From Octopus bimaculoides (taxonomy: Eukaryota), in contig NC_068999.1 of the NCBI RefSeq assembly GCF_001194135.2, forward strand, positions 6,229,914-6,278,715: a DNA stretch of 48,802 bases, read 5' to 3'. The translations under genes were made by a program, and so were the position numbers. Of this stretch, positions 25,586-37,707 are shown one piece after another (the stretch's first letter is position 1; every line of letters begins with the position of its first letter). The notes below the pieces were generated by a model. That model did not search any database. It worked only from the letters and a program-made list of their open reading frames with translations, and was not told the origin of the DNA.

Positions 25586-26667
25586 GTTCCTGCAATACAT
25601 ACATATATATATATACAGAGAGAGAGAGAAGGAGAAAGATGATTTTATCTGGATTGATCATCGGAAAGACTGAACTGCGCAGCAACAAAAAGGTAAACAA
25701 ACAGAAGAGAGAGACAAAAAGACTTGTAATATTTGATAGTTTAGAGGCGGCCTATTCAGGTCCGTGATTTATCGACTGTGGTTACGAAAGGCACTGGGAA
25801 AGGAATCTGTAAACATATTAAGATGAGAAGGCCGATTAAAGAATGTTTGAAGATCAAACTCAGATAAAAGCGTGACAAACTTATCCACACACACACACAC
25901 AAACACACACACACAAACACACACACACACACACACGAACACAGACGCACATTCTCATATTTTAGACATATAGAACGTGTGATATTTGCTCTTTTTTCTT
26001 AAGATAAACTACAGTTCTTCAGCGTATCACACGAGAACGTAGATACATAAGGATTTATATCTGGTAGTTTCTACTTACAATTTTTCACTTTGCACGTGAT
26101 TTTGATCTTTCCCTTCATCTATGCGGAAGTATCGATNNNNNNNNNNNNNNNNNNNNNNNNNNNNNNNNNNNNNNNNNNNNNNNNNNNNNNNNNNNNNNNN
26201 NNNNNNNNNNNNNNNNNNNNNNNNNNNNNNNNNNNNNNNNNNNNNNNNNNNNNNNNNNNNNNNNNNNNNNNNNNNNNNNNNNNNNNNNNNNNNNNNNNNN
26301 NNNNNNNNNNNNNNNNNNNNNNNNNNNNNNNNNNNNNNNNNNNNNNNNNNNNNNNNNNNNNNNNNNNNNNNNNNNNNNNNNNNNNNNNNNNNNNNNNNNN
26401 NNNNNNNNNNNNNNNNNNNNNNNNNNNNNNNNNNNNNNNNNNNNNNNNNNNNNNNNNNNNNNNNNNNNNNNNNNNNNNNNNNNNNNNNNNNNNNNNNNNN
26501 NNNNNNNNNNNNNNNNNNNNNNNNNNNNNNNNNNNNNNNNNNNNNNNNNNNNNNNNNNNNNNNNNNNNNNNNNNNNNNNNNNNNNNNNNNNNNNNNNNNN
26601 NNNNNNNNNNNNNNNNNNNNNNNNNNNNNNNNNNNNNNNNNNNNNNNNNNNNNNNNNNNNNNNNNNN

Positions 26668-26730
26668 GCTTTTCACCTAGTGTAGGTTTTTCAAATTGTT
26701 TTGAAAAACCTACCCGACTAGGTGAAAAGC
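26668..26730. other. 63-nt near-perfect hairpin
   Basis: GCTTTTCACCTAGT (26668-26681) pairs with 26717-26730, GTAGGTTTTTCAAA (26682-26695) pairs with 26700-26713; loop TTGT, one CCG bulge; 28 bp in total. Confidence 0.92.
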
Positions 26731-27009
26731 GCTTCATTTAATATGTGACATTAATAAAATCTGTAAATGTACAAACATCCAGGTTTCTGAGTACCTTAAT
26801 TAAAATTTATTTCTATATAATTTCTGTACATCACCTCCAAACCTTCAAATATATATATATATATATATATATATGAGTTTGTGTGTGTCCGCGTGTATGT
26901 ATTTATATAGAAAACTGAAATAAAAATGAAAACCCTCCCCACACCTCAAAAATGGTCGCTTTCATATACAGCTGTACAAGTTTCCCGGTGCGTGTTTCAA
27001 ACGTCCATA

Positions 27010-27021
27010 ACATCGTCTTCC

Positions 27022-27052
<31 letters not shown>

Positions 27053-27058
27053 CATCGA

Positions 27059-27095
<37 letters not shown>

Positions 27096-27182
27096 GTCAT
27101 CGTCATCATCATCATCATCATCGTCATCATTGACATCATCATCATCATTGACATCATCATCGTCGTCATCATCACCATTCAT
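27010..27182. repeat. (CAT)n microsatellite
   Basis: Direct inspection. Confidence 0.95.
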
Positions 27183-28578
27183 ATAACATATCCACCAATG
27201 ATTTTGCGAAAGCTTAGTCGTTAATAAACAAACATTATTATTAATTTTGATGCTGTTGATTTTATTGTCTTTTTTTCATTATCATTTTTATCATCATTAT
27301 TATTGTTGTTGTTATTGCTGTTGTACTTGTTATTTATATTTTTTATGAATTCATCTCCGATGTTAGTGTTAGCATTGTTGTTAACATCCTTGTTGTTATT
27401 CTATGCTTTTGCCAAGAGTGGGTGCGCCAAATACTGCAGAATAACCTCAACTAATTCAACTTCCGGACAACCTCCAACAACCTTCAGGCCAACTCATTTA
27501 CTAAATGCTGTATTCTCCTTCGAAAGTATTGACCACAGAGAAGACTTTCAATAAACCCTTTCCAGACAATACGTATTCACATGTGTGTGTGTGTGTGTGT
27601 ATTTGTGTGGGTATATATGTCTATATGTATGTGTGTGTCTTTGTATAAATATATATGTATATATATATATATATATATATANNNNNNNNNNNNNNNNNNN
27701 NNNNNNNNNNNNNNNNNNNNNNNNNNNNNNNNNNNNNNNNNNNNNNNNNNNNNNNNNNNNNNNNNNNNNNNNNNNNNNNNNNNNNNNNNNNNNNNNNNNN
27801 NNNNNNNNNNNNNNNNNNNNNNNNNNNNNNNNNNNNNNNNNNNNNNNNNNNNNNNNNNNNNNNNNNNNNNNNNNNNNNNNNNNNNNNNNNNNNNNNNNNN
27901 NNNNNNNNNNNNNNNNNNNNNNNNNNNNNNNNNNNNNNNNNNNNNNNNNNNNNNNNNNNNNNNNNNNNNNNNNNNNNNNNNNNNNNNNNNNNNNNNNNNN
28001 NNNNNNNNNNNNNNNNNNNNNNNNNNNNNNNNNNNNNNNNNNNNNNNNNNNNNNNNNNNNNNNNNNNNNNNNNNNNNNNNNNNNNNNNNNNNNNNNNNNN
28101 NNNNNNNNNNNNNNNNNNNNNNNNNNNNNNNNNNNNNNNNNNNNNNNNNNNNNNNNNNNNNNNNNNNNNNNNNNNNNNNNNNNNNNNNNNNNNNNNNNNN
28201 NNNNNNNNNNNNNNNNNNNNNNNNNNNNNNNNNNNNNNNNNNNNNNNNNNNNNNNNNNNNNNNNNNNNNNNNNNNNNNNNNNNNNNNNNNNNNNNNNNNN
28301 NNNNNNNNNNNNNNNNNNNNNNNNNNNNNNNNNNNNNNNNNNNNNNNNNNNNNNNNNNNNNNNNNNNNNNNNNNNNNNNNNNNNNNNNNNNNNNNNNNNN
28401 NNNNNNNNNNNNNNNNNNNNNNNNNNNNNNNNNNNNNNNNNNNNNNNNNNNNNNNNNNNNNNNNNNNNNNNNNNNNNNNNNNNNNNNNNNNNNNNNNNNN
28501 NNNNNNNNNNNNNNNNNNNNNNNNNNNNNNNNNNNNNNNNNNNNNNNNNNNNNNNNNNNNNNNNNNNNNNNNNNNNNN

Positions 28579-28631
<53 letters not shown>

Positions 28632-29477
28632 TATACATATACGAACATAGGTGCGTGTGAAGCGTGTGTGCGTGTCGTACATCTTGTCGTGACTGTTTGG
28701 TTTGACAATTCACTAAATAATGACACTTGACTTCGTTCTTAGAGATTTGGAATTTTGTCTGAGCAATTCTATAGATTTTCGTGTCAGAGGCCGCCATACA
28801 ACCTGAATGCATCAATCTGGTGGTGTTATATACAGTTTTGTATCGCAGCTAGCCTTGTTTCCTAACTTTTGTTCCTTGATCTCTTACCATAAATCTCTGC
28901 ACTTGGAAGGTTTTGTAGTGTTGACCTGCACAACGATGACTGCATTGATTGCTGCATAACCATACGCTCCACACAAACCACAAACCACACACAGCACCTG
29001 CAAATATATTAAACGATAAAATCTTAGAAAAAGGTGATTTAGCCAGCAAGATCGTTAGCAGGAGACTATACACATACGTACTCATAGGTAGACGCATACA
29101 CACTTATGTATGTATAACATGAATCAACAATGATCTTTTCCATTTAAAGTATATGATCATTCTTATATATTTCGGGTAAAGTAACCCTTTTCAAAGTGTG
29201 AAAGTTTCTTGCCTATAGAAATTGAAAGAAAACAGTGTTAGTAGTTATTGAATATTTTGCGACATTTTTAATTAATGTTGGCCTGAAGATAATTGAACTG
29301 AAGGAAGCACGCCCTATAAATATATATNNNNNNNNNNNNNNNNNNNNNNNNNNNNNNNNNNNNNNNNNNNNNNNNNNNNNNNNNNNNNNNNNNNNNNNNN
29401 NNNNNNNNNNNNNNNNNNNNNNNNNNNNNNNNNNNNNNNNNNNNNNNNNNNNNNNATATATATATATATATATATAA

Positions 29478-29712
29478 CTGTGTGTGTGTGTGTTTGTGCC
29501 TTTGCGTCTATGTGTTTGTCCTGCACCACCGCTTGACAACCGGCATTGGTGTATTAGTGTGTACCTTAGCGGTTCGGCAAAAATTGCTCGATAGAAGAAG
29601 TACCAGGCTTTCAAAATTAATACTTAGATCGATCAATAAAACTAAAAGTTCTTCATAGCGGTGCCGAAGAATGGCCGCAGTCTAATGGCTGAAAGAAATG
29701 AAAGCTAAAAGA
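29478..29712 (+). mobile_element. SINE family A, 3' half
   Basis: CCACCGCTTGACAACCGG...CTTAGCGGTTCGGCAAAA...ATGGCCGCAGTCTAATGGCTGAAAG. Confidence 0.78.
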
Positions 29713-30440
29713 TGTATTCGACAACGCATCCAAGCAAATGGAAATATTAGCAGACGATAGGAATAATTCAGGCGTTTTTCTGTTTAATTTTCATTTTTCC
29801 TGAATTATTACCTCAATCAGCGCGACCACCTCTTCAATTATTCTAATACGTCGACAAAAGGTATAAATTTATTTTGTAATATATATTTTTTCTTTTCTTT
29901 TTTTTTATTTTTTGCTATTTCGGAGATGGACAATTCTCATTTAGATTCAGAAGAGGATAAATGAATTATTGTAAATTCAAATTCAGTAAATTTTATTAAT
30001 ATATTTTTACAAAGATACATGTGTATTTATATTATGTTCAATTTCGCCTGTGAAAATCCCAACGAATTAGCTAGATTTTTTTTTCTAGTTTATTCAAATG
30101 ACTATTAATGATTGAATTATCGATTATGTTCGGTCGATTTTCATACTTGATTGCTATATTGATACATATTTAGGTGAATTTGTAATGCATTAAGGAATAT
30201 ATACACTCATATATGCTTATAACAACATACATGTGTATGCAAAATAGACACAGACTCGGACACATACACACTTGCATACACATATACGTACACTCGTCAA
30301 TACATAGATCTGTGTAGGTCTGTTTGCTTGTATGCTAGTTTGTTTGTGAGTGGGCGGAAGTGAGCCTTTACATGTACACGTGCACGCATACAGACACATA
30401 TACTGACATACATTCATGCATACATACATACATACTCTAA

Positions 30441-30785
30441 CCAGATAGCAAGTTCGGATTTATACCTGTAATTATTGGGGCGACGGGATATGAAACAGAC
30501 TGCCTAAATACCAATCTTAAAAAATTAGGCTTCTCAAAACCAGAAAAAGAGAAAGCTGATTCCAAGACTATGAATCCAAGCCATCACTGGAACTGTAAAA
30601 ATCTGTAAAACTTTCCAGAAGTATATCATTTATGTATATATGAGTATGTTTAGATATGCAAGTATATGCATGAGAAAAACATACATAAAACATACATACA
30701 TGCATACAAAAGTACCCTGTTGTTGATGTTGAAATTCCAATGAAGGAACCTTGGATCTAGATTAGAAACCCGCTCTTTCTCTATT
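30441..30785 (+). mobile_element. 3' end of the third RLE non-LTR family
   Basis: PDSKFGFIPVIIGATGYETDCLNTNLKKLGFSKPEKEK / LIPRL*IQAITGTVKICKTFQKYII (one frameshift), with the IP.IIGA.G motif. 3'UTR shared with 11812-12225. Confidence 0.75.
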
Positions 30786-30925
30786 TTCTCTTATTCCTTT
30801 CTGTTCAAGAGCGTAGGCTCGAAATGTAAAAGACGCTCTCACTTTCCCGAGCGTCAAACTAATACACCTCCTTGTTTATTCATACACCTGTCTTCGTCTT
30901 TTTTTTTCTGTAAATTTCAACTATA
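30786..30925 (+). mobile_element. Hammerhead-bearing PLE-like repeat with a degenerate ribozyme at 30796-30833
   Basis: CCUUU-CUGUUCA-A-GAGC[GUAG]GCUC-GAA-AUGU-A/AAAGA. Homologous to 11054-11185 and ends in (TA)n. Confidence 0.65.
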
Positions 30926-30963
30926 TATATATAGATAGACAGACAGACAGATAGATAGATAGG

Positions 30964-31033
<70 letters not shown>

Positions 31034-31295
31034 TTTCAGAANNNNNNNNNNNNNNNNNNNNNNNNNNNNNNNNNNNNNNNNNNNNNNNNNNNNNNNNNNN
31101 NNNNNNNNNNNNNNNNNNNNNNNNNNNNNNNNNNNNNNNNNNNNNNNNNNNNNNNNNNNNNNNNNNNNNNNNNNNNNNNNNNNNNNNNNNNNNNNNNNNN
31201 NNNNNNNNNNNNNNNNNNNNNNNNNNNNNNNNNNNNTTTCTGTAAATTTCAACTATATATATATAGATAGACAGACAGACAGATAGATAGATAGG

Positions 31296-31365
<70 letters not shown>

Positions 31366-31470
31366 TTTCAGAACGATAATGCGCCGATTCACTGGATTAA
31401 TATCATTGAAAATAGATTGTGGGAGAATATTGGGTTGGTCCAATCTCCGTATTTCTATGTATGTCTACCT

Positions 31471-31557
31471 ATATATATATATTGTTGAAATTTACAGAAA
31501 ACCAAAAGACGAAGACAGGTGTATGAACAAACAAATAGGTATATTCGTTTGACGCTC
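31471..31557 (-). mobile_element. Inverted 3' fragment of the same repeat
   Basis: Reverse complement of 30849-30932 (GAGCGTCAAAC.AATA.ACCT...CATACACCTGTCTTCGTC...CTGTAAATTTCAAC.ATATAT). Confidence 0.8.
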
Positions 31558-32789
31558 TTTTTCCGGCGCGCTAACGATTTTGCCAGCCTCGCTTTAAATA
31601 TGAAAAATTCCCTTTAGCAGTATGTTACGATTATGTAGGCCAATTCCTTTACACACCCACACAGAGCCTCCTTCCCTGTGCATATGTGTGTGTGTGTGTA
31701 TGTATGTATGTATACACACATAATATATATGTGTATATACAGTAGACACACATTCATACACACATATATGCAAATATATATATNNNNNNNNNNNNNNNNN
31801 NNNNNNNNNNNNNNNNNNNNNNNNNNNNNNNNNNNNNNNNNNNNNNNNNNNNNNNNNNNNNNNNNNNNNNNNNNNNNNNNNTATATATATATATATATAT
31901 GTATAGTATATGCATATATATATATATATGTATAGTATATAGACATAAATATATATGTACGTATTTTATATATACATACATATATATGGATGAATTGTAT
32001 ATAAATATAGTATATGTGTATATATTATTATTATTATTATTATTATTATCATTATTGCTATTATTATTATTATCAATATTATTATTATTATTATTATTGA
32101 GTGGGGATGCAGGCTCCGGTAATCGATAGTATCTGAGACGCTGGAATAATGGTTGAAGCAAGCTCGCAATACCTTCAATAATTAATTAGGAAAAACGCAA
32201 TAAATATATTAAATACATCGTCATGAAAAATACAAACCATCAAATGCGCCATTCGTAGGTTAAGTGATAACTGTAGTAACGTGTGATGAATAACAAGTTT
32301 GGTCTTAGAAAGGAAAAACACAACTGTACGGTATATAGTGAGGTTACAAAGATATATGACAATGGAAGTGAATTCTAGACAACAGAGCATATGCATAGAT
32401 CTGAGATGTGTTGTTAATGTGTTGTAAGGTGAACGTAACTTCAGGTTGTGTTAAGGGAGTCTCACGAATTCATCTCCTGCTTGTGGCAATTACTGTCACA
32501 CCACTTGCCTTGTGTTTGGATGACATTATCAGCGGCGAGAGGTGAGAGCGGGAGGGAGAGAGCGGGAGGGAGAGAGCGGGAGGGAGAGAGCGGGAGGGAG
32601 AGAGAAAGCGAGAGAGTGTGGGAGAGAGAAAGCGAGAGAGTGTGTGAGAGAGGGACTGACAGAGAACTACACAGAAAAACGTTTAGACTAATAGATGTTG
32701 CACAAGTGTCTGTTCGTCCATGTTGTTTCAAACTTAGAAACAGATATAAGTATAGAATACATGCATATGCACACACACATATATATACG

Positions 32790-33005
32790 CATGGTAAGTA
32801 GATTGCTTACCAACCACATGGTTCCATGTTCAGTCCCACTGTGTGGCACCTTGTGAAAGTGTCTTCTACTATAGCCTCGGGCTGACCAAAGCCTTGTGAG
32901 TGGATTTGGTAGACAGAAACTGAAAGAAGCCCTTCTTATATATGNNNNNNNNNNTAGACGGAAACTGAAAGAAGCCTCTCGTGTATATGTATATATATAT
33001 ACATG

Positions 33006-33056
<51 letters not shown>

Positions 33057-33090
33057 TTGTGTGCGTGCGTGTGTGTGTGTGTGTGTGTGT
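32790..33090 (+). mobile_element. SINE family A, 5' half plus microsatellite, split by a 10-N gap
   Basis: Head and body similar to the copy starting at 33091. Assembly around the gap is uncertain. Confidence 0.7.
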
Positions 33091-33497
33091 GTGCAGGCTT
33101 GGCTGTGTGGTAAGTAGCTTGCTTACCAACCACATGGTTCCGGGTTCAGTCCCACTGCGTGGCATTTTGGGCAAGTGTCTTCTACTATAGCCTCGGGCTG
33201 ACCAAAGCCTTGTGAGTGGATTTGGTAGACAGAAACTGAAAGAAGCCCTTCTTATATATGTATATATGTATATATGTATGTGTGTGTATATGTTTGTGAG
33301 TCTGTGTCTATCACCCGACCTCACTCAACAACCGATGGTGGTGTGTTTACATCCCCGTAATTTAGCGGTTCGGCAAAAGAGACCGATAGAATAAGTACTA
33401 GGCTTACAAAGAATAAGTCCTGGGGTCGATTTTCTCGACTAAAGGTGGTGCTCTAGCATGGCCACAGTCAAATGACTGAAACAAGTAAAAGAGTAAA
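33091..33497 (+). mobile_element. SINE family A, full length (best copy in the window)
   Basis: A-box-like TGGCTGTGTGGT (33100-33111), B-box-like GGTTCAGTCCC (33143-33153), internal TA/TG microsatellite, tail CAGCATGGCC-like AGCATGGCCACAGTCAAATGACTGAAACAAGTAAAAGAG. Confidence 0.9.
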
Positions 33498-33594
33498 GCT
33501 TTATTTTATGGAACCCAAAATTGTGAAAGGCAAAAATGGATTCCGTCACAATTTTAAAACAAAAATTATTTGTCTTAACGAAATAAGAGTTTCA

Positions 33595-33810
33595 ATTTTT
33601 AGAACAAGGCCACCAAATTTAGGGATGCAAATTAACCGATCACATCGACTCCAGTGCACAACAACTATTCAAGTTATCGATCCCGAAAGGATAAAGGATG
33701 AAAAGCAAGGCCGACCTCGGCGGAATTTGAACCCAGAACTTGAAGATGGACGAAATACCGCTAATCATTTCGCTCGGCCTACTAACAATTCTACGAACTC
33801 ACCGCCTTAG
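33595..33810 (-). mobile_element. SINE family B
   Basis: ATCGATCCCGAAAGGAT...CGACCTCGGCGGAATTTGAAC...ACTCACCGCCTT. Confidence 0.85.
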
Positions 33811-36384
33811 TCTTAACCAAATAATGCGAACCAGTTTGTTAGGGGGCCTTGAACAGTGCACGTTGGAAATCAAATGAAATTATTTGTCTCTTCGAATAAA
33901 CATATTGAAGGCGATGCCCCAGCATGGCCGTAGTTAAATGACAGAAACAAATAAACGATAACATATTTATTGCACTAGAATTTCTGTACTGAATGACGTC
34001 TATTGCGGTAATTGGCCTGTACTGAAGAGATTTCTATACTAAAACACTTAAGACGTCACCTGATATCACGAAATAAGGAAACGATATTAAGTGAAGACAA
34101 GAGAAAAGCTTATGTCCCGAAGCTCATCATTCAGACAGATTAACAGCTGAAATATTTTCAATTTCGTTGTAAATTCGCTATATCTATAGGAAGACCATCT
34201 TTTACTCTGCAACAAATTTAATCAATATTCTGTATAAACTATATTTTCAGAGATAGGTGATGGACTGGGATTTTAAAAAATAAGAAATATCAATGACAGA
34301 AAACGCATTTTCATGCTGTATTGATATCGATCATTCAAGTGTTCAATATTAATGAGTGCTCGCATATTGATATATTCTCTCGGCGTGCTAAAAGTACTTT
34401 CTACATCTTTTTATTCATAATGTTATATTTTACTTAGAGTTTTCAAAGAAAAATGGAAATTAAACAAGGAAGAATCAGGGCGGGGGTGATTGTAAGCATT
34501 TTCATTTTGGAAATAGCAACAAAAGCTCCCTTAATCCAATATTTTCTCATCTTAATGAAATCCTGATACATTGGGCAAAGTCTATGTCCGAAAATCTCAA
34601 ATTGGACGATCATAATTTGAATACATTAGCGTATATGATTACATTCAGATCAAGTATGGCCAGAAGCAAGCCACTATCCTTCCCTAACAATAATGGATGC
34701 TTTATGCTCGCAGAACAAAACATTGCTTTTAATTCGACTCGAAAGTTCTATATTTTAAAGAAGTGTGGAAGAGGAAATTTAGTTGAAAATACGTTTGTCA
34801 AGAGCCCTTCGTAACGTATATTTAGTCAAATGCATTTACCGAAGTATTAAAAACGGGTTGTAGAATCAATTTCCGGACATTTTATTTATTCGTGGATAGT
34901 ACTTTGCAGAATATATAGGAAGAAAATATATTTAAAAAAAGACAATAAACAATGGGATCATTTTCAAAAATTCATTATTAGAATTATTGCATTTCAACCA
35001 AGAATTCAGCAAGGTGTACACCACCATAAAAAATAATGTATTGGCGTAATTAAGATTGAAAGTAATTCGTTATTATTCCATGATTTTTTTTTCTGATACT
35101 TTAAGAATTATGGAAATGAAAGTTTCGATGTAGTAATGGTTGGAACTGTTAAAACATACTTATCAGATCTCGAGTGTGTAGTCTGCTACGTAAGCAAAGA
35201 ACAAAATAGAATCGATTATTATTCCCAAGATGAAAATTGAAAATAAGATAATTGGCATTACTAATGGGTCATTCAAATATAGTTATATATGTCAAACAGA
35301 CATATACGCACATACACATTAAAATGTATGCGAAAGACGCTCAAAATCACTGCCGACGCACAACTGGGTCTTAAAAGATAACCACATGACTTATAATATA
35401 AATTGGGAAATGATAGACTGCATAAATTGTTCTAAAATCTGTACTCTCTGCACTGCAGATAAAGCCCACATAATCACGCAAAACACTAGTGCACGGATCA
35501 AGTAAAATCTTTCACGCCACACATTTAAAAAACCCCAACTCCAGACAGGTTAAATGAAACAAGAAGCTTCACGTTCACGTGCGCGCATGTACACACACAC
35601 ACACACACACATACCCACGAAGACACATAGGGGGCAAACGCAAAAGAATTATTACACCCATATTCATGAAACTACGAACAAACTACTCGAATCAAACCCT
35701 CACATATGACTTCTATGTATATGCAAACAACAAAGAAGGCTTTTCCAATATATATACCCCACATGTACATAAGCAAAATGGTGAACAACACACAAGGTAA
35801 ACAATGAAGCCCTGGCCAAAATAGCTCACATACAGAGTCACGCATGCGTATAAAATACATGGTGTCTTATAATTTATAACAGAGCATACATGCTCTTCAG
35901 TGAATTAATCAAACAAAAAACATTGAAATAATATAAAAGACATCAATAATCTATACAAACTCAAACCAATCTCATTAAGGATTTCTCAATACTCACTGAA
36001 ACAAAATTCCAAGCAATTTAGGAAAATTATTTAATTATGTCCTTCATACGATTGAAGAAATGCATGAACCCAGATGTTCAACGCGCAAAATATAACTAAC
36101 AAAAATGAAAGCAAATCTTGACCACAACAGAATGATCCGCGTGCACGAACACACACAGAGGGAGGAAAGGACGTTCATTAAACGATTATTCAATAAAATA
36201 CGCGTCAAATGAAATAAACAAAGCAAAAAATCTTTAATTAGCGTAATAGGCATATTCTACAAGCTAAACCAAAGTCGCCCATGACATTTACTTAAACGTT
36301 TTTATACGATGAGATGGAATCGGTAACAATCAAGATGCGTAGTTAACTGTTTGACAACACAAACATTCCGGTGGACTTTCCTTT

Positions 36385-36570
36385 TCTTTTTTTATTCGAC
36401 TGCCGCCATGCCGTAATGGGACACCACCTTTAAGAATTTTGGTCGAACCAATCAACCCTAGTACTAGCTTGTTTGCTTTTTTTGTGTGTCTTTTTCAGCC
36501 GGCCACATATTCTATGGGTCTCTTTTGCTTAACTGCAAGGTTACGGGGACGTAAACACCTCGACAACAAA
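36385..36570 (-). mobile_element. SINE family A, degenerate 3' half
   Basis: GACTGCCGCCATGC...GGTTACGGGGACGTAAACACC is the reverse complement of the tail, followed by a microsatellite. Confidence 0.65.
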
Positions 36571-36660
36571 TGTATATATATATATCTGTGTGTGTGTGTG
36601 TGTGTGTACGTGTATATATATACGGATGGATAGATGCGTATTTGATATGTATACGTGTAA

Positions 36661-36709
<49 letters not shown>

Positions 36710-37555
36710 TGTGTGTATGTATGTATGTATGTATATAACACTACGTAGTACTGGCATCTCGTGCAATGGGAGAGTTGCGATCTCTGTCACTTATACACCA
36801 TGGAATTCGGGAAACCGGCTCTATGAGTCTAAAGACTTAAAACTTAATACCGTCAAGTATTGATGATGATGATGGTGGTGTTGATGATGATGATGATGAT
36901 GATGATAATGATGATGATGAGCAGGGAAAGGTGGAGGACGAAAAAGAAGACAACGTCGTGTAGTTGATGTTACTGCTTAACTCCACTTCAATATCCACTA
37001 TTAGTCGTATAATCATACTGCATGCCAGTGTTTGACCATCTAATACTTGCCTTCCTTTTCTTTTTCTTTTCAGCGGGTAACTTCTGTCTAACACTGTATT
37101 CTCTGATCTGTTTCATGAAGATAACACTTTCAAGAAGAGCCTAGTATAATATTTCGGTATCATTCGGTTGCCATCTACTGGAAATATAGCAACGACGTAG
37201 AAACACTTTCGTTTGTTTCATGAAATATCATTTGTTTGTTTTGATGAGATACTGAATTAACGCACCTGACGGCGTTACCTGGTGTTGCTAGGTTATTATT
37301 AGTTTTCTGATTGAAATGTCTTTTGAAGATTCTCATGTTCGTGTTTGCACTTCGACAGAAATTACCGTCTCTTGTTTAGCATCTCTGAAAGCGGCGTGAA
37401 TTGTTAATGGTACCTGTGAACACCTAGAGAGATCTGACGAGGCAGACGTATAAATATTCTCAGCGATACTCATCGTTAAACGTAAAATCTTCACTCTTGC
37501 ACGCCAGATATATATATATATATACATACATATATACATGTATATATATATATAT

Positions 37556-37608
<53 letters not shown>

Positions 37609-37652
37609 AATGTATATATGTATATATACACCCATATATATATAGATCGTTG

Positions 37653-37707
<55 letters not shown>

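Noticed and set aside
26085-26125. Minus-strand AGAUGAAGGG..AUCAAAAUCACGUG, reminiscent of a PLE hammerhead
   Set aside because: Core positions C3/U4 and G12 are missing and stem II is weak. Too degenerate to call, and truncated by a gap.
31236-31370. Direct repeat of 30907-31041
   Set aside because: Identical sequence on both sides of an N gap; probable scaffolding overlap.
32100-32180. Minus-strand LQPLFQRL followed by (AAT)n, like a CRE-type 3' end
   Set aside because: Only a short motif match; the expected AIQRGNA continuation is absent.
33091-33165. tRNA genes at SINE heads
   Set aside because: A/B boxes are present but there is no cloverleaf or acceptor stem, and they continue into SINE bodies; they are tRNA-derived SINE heads.
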